Source of the DNA: Mustelus asterias
Taxonomy: Eukaryota
Assembly (NCBI RefSeq): GCF_964213995.1
Contig: NC_135813.1
Coordinates: 60,264,001-60,328,000 of the forward strand
DNA length: 64,000 bases
Direction: 5' to 3'
The position numbers were made by a program, and so were the translations under genes. Below are positions 61,586 through 64,000 of this stretch, one piece after another (the first letter of the stretch is position 1; every line of letters starts with the position of its first letter). The notes beneath the pieces were generated by a model. The model made no database searches. It saw only the letters and a list, made by a program, of their open reading frames with translations, and was not told where the DNA came from.

Positions 61586-63097
61586 GTGGGACATCTGTTC
61601 ACAAACAGGGCATATAAAGACACAAACTGAATTTACAAAATAATTGTTGGAATGCGAGTCTTTACAGGTAATCAAGTCTTAAAGGTACAGACAATGTGAG
61701 TGGAGAGAGCGTTAAGCACAGGTTAAAGAGATGTGTATTGTCTCCAGACGGGACAGTTAGTGAGATTTTGCAAGCTCAGGCAAGTCGTGGGGGTTACAGA
61801 TAGTGTGACATGAACCCAAGATCCCGGTTGAGGCCGCCCTCATGTGTGCGGAACTTGGCTATCAGTCTCTGCTGAGCAACTTTGCATTGTCGTGTGTCGT
61901 GAAGGCCGCCTTGGAGAATGCTTACCCGAAGATCAGAGGCCGAATGCTCGTGACCGCTGAAGTGTTCCCCAACAGGAAGAGAACACTCTTGCCTGGTGAT
62001 TGTCGTGCGGTGTTCATTCATCCGTTGTTGTAGCGTCTGCATGGTCTCCCCAATGTACCATGCTTCGGGACATCCTTTCCTGCAGCGTATCAGGTAGACA
62101 ACGTTGGCCGAGTTGCAAGAGTATGTACCTGGTGGATGGTGTTCTCACGTGAGATGATGGAATCTGTGTCGATGATCCGGCACGTCTTGCAGAGGTTGCT
62201 GTGGCAGGGTTGTGTGGTGTCGTGGTCACTGTTCTCCTGAAGGCTGGGTAGTTTGCTACGGACAATGGTCTGTTTGAGTTTGTGCGATTGCTTGAAGGCA
62301 AGAAGTGGGGGTGTGTGGATGGCTTTGGCGAGATGTTCGTCTTCATCAATGACATGTTGAAGGCTCCAGAGAAGATGCCGTAGCTTCTCTGCCCCGGGGA
62401 AGTTCTGGACGACGAAGGATATCCTGTCCACTATGTCCCGTGTTTGTCTTCTAAGGAGGTCGGTGCGGTTTTTTGCTCTGGCGCGTTGGAACTGTCGATC
62501 GATGAGTCGAGTGTCATATCCTGTTCTTATGAGGACATCTTTCAGCATCTGGAGGTGTCTGTTGCGATCCTCCTCATCTGAACAGATCCTGTGTATACGG
62601 AGGGCTTGTCCGTAGGGGATGGCTTCTTTAACGTGTTTAGGATGGAAGCTGGAGAAGTGGAGCATCGTGAGGTTATCCGTGGGCTTGCGCTACAGTGAAG
62701 TGCTGAGGTGACCATCCTTGATGGAGATGAGTGTGTCCAAGGATGCAACCGATTCCGGAAAGTAGTCCATGGTGAGTCTGATGGTGGGATGGAACTTGTT
62801 GATGTCATCATATAGTTGTTTCAGTGATTGTTCACCATGAGTCCAAAGGAAGAAAATGTCATCGATGTATCTAGTGTATAGCATCGGTTGAAGGTCCTGT
62901 GCGGTGAAGAGGTCTTGATCGAACCTGTGCATGAAGATGTTGGCATATTGAGGTGCGAATTTGGTCCCCATGGCTGTTCTGTGTGTCTGGATGTACCTTT
63001 AAGACTTGATTACCTGTAAAGACTCGCATTCCAACCATTATTTTGTAAATTCAGTTTGTGTCTTTATATACCCTGTTTGTGAACAGGAATCCCACTT

Positions 63098-63134
63098 TTA
63101 CCTGACGAAGGGGCAGCGCTCCGAAAGCTAGTGG
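63098..63134 (+). ncRNA. Minimal hammerhead ribozyme-like motif (inverted pLTR)
   Basis: UUAC-CUGACGA-A-GGGGC(AGC)GCUCC-GAAA-GCUA-GUGG. Confidence 0.72.
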
Positions 63135-63957
63135 ATTTTGCTACTAAATAAACCTGTTGGACTTTAATCTGGTGTTGTGAGACTTCTTACTGTGCTTACC
63201 CCAGTCCAACGCCGGCATCTCCACATCATTTCTTGTATAGGTCAGGGTCGCCCTGACTTGAACGCCTCAGACCTGGACTTCAGCAAGCAGTGGATATCCC
63301 TGTTCATCCATGGTTTCCAGTTGGGGAACACGCGGATTTGCTTCTTTGGCACACAGTCTTCTACACAATTACTAATGAAGTCAGTTACTGTAGTGGCGTA
63401 CTCGTTCAGGCTGGTCGCAGAGTTTTTAAATACTGACCAGTCCATTAGCTCCGAACAGTACCGTAGGAGATTATCCAATTCCTCAGACCAACATTGCACG
63501 ACTTTCTTTGATGGATTCTCCCGCTTCAGTTTTTGCTTGTAAGCTGGGAGCAGGAGTACAGCCTTGTGATTGATTTGCCAAAGTGTGGGCAGCAATGAGT
63601 GGTAGACGTGTTTGATATTTGTGTATCAGTGGTCTCCTGTTTGGTGGAACAGGAGATGTGTTGGTGGTAACTTGGTAGTGCGCTCTTGAACTTAGCCTGA
63701 TTGAAGTCCCCAGCCACGATGAACAAGGCCTCGGGATGTTTCGTCTCAAGGCTATTCGTAATTGTGTATATTTTGTCCTGCGCAATCTTCATGTCCGCAT
63801 GGGGTGGGATGTAAACTGTCAGGATAATGAAGGTGAACTCTCACGGAAGGTAGTAGGGGCAGCATTTTAGCGTCAGGTTTTCTAGGTCCAGGGAGCAGAA
63901 ACTTGCCAGTGTTGCTACATCTAGGCACCACAAGGTGTTGATTAAGCAGACCCCACC

Positions 63958-64000
63958 TAGCTTTACTGTTGCTGTGATAGCTTTATTATAGACTGTTACT
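63958..64000. repeat. Continuation of the same 27-bp minisatellite
   Basis: tagctttactgttgctgtgatagctttattatagactgtt matches the unit at 58931-59060. Confidence 0.8.

Larger units (their letters stand above)
61486..63228 (-). mobile_element. Penelope-like element (Neptune-type), 5'-truncated, with an inverted pseudo-LTR
   Basis: RT motifs AMGTKFAPQYANIFM and YTRYIDDIFFLW; CHSNLCKTC cysteine linker; GIY-YIG-type VYLIRC...WYIGETMQTL..RMNEHR; frameshifted; pLTR 61486-~61790 and its inverted copy 62992-63228; 10-bp TSD TTTCTTGTAT (61476-61485, 63229-63238). Confidence 0.92.
59761..63957 (-). mobile_element. Rex1/Babar-like LINE, degenerate, interrupted by the PLE at 61486-63228
   Basis: APE endonuclease (FIVAGDFNQA) and RT pieces ([48 protein letters not shown]); (ATCAA)n-type tail at 59761; frame DPDLYKKARYDL restored across the TSD. 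Confidence 0.88.

Overview
Eukaryotic (vertebrate) genomic DNA, almost certainly from a shark/elasmobranch judging by the HE1-type V-SINEs and CR1/HER1-type LINEs. It is the orthologue of part of the human 22q11.2 block. HIRA lies on the minus strand (coding exons 1-10, 37348 down to 1191, continuing off the left edge). MRPL40 lies head-to-head with it on the plus strand (exons 2-4 secure, exon 1 tentative). A complete 105-aa C22orf39 lies on the minus strand (58627 down to 49865), tail-to-tail with MRPL40. All confidently called exons have GT-AG ends and chain in frame. The rest is dense transposon material: CR1 LINEs of several ages, Rex1-like, L2 and RTE relics, V-SINEs with two different tails, small GC-rich MITEs with 3-bp TSDs, a Gypsy relic, a Copia (GalEa-like) relic and a Neptune-type Penelope-like element (PLE). 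The most notable non-genic signal is a dispersed set of PLE-derived minimal hammerhead-ribozyme motifs with covarying stem I. These occur in solo repeats, fold-back elements and one retrocopy that starts almost at the predicted cleavage site. HIRA exon 2 also has a recursive-splice-site-like acceptor, and a minisatellite is split by about 4.9 kb of nested insertions. TE boundaries are approximate unless a TSD is quoted, and family names rest on motif recognition, not database searches.
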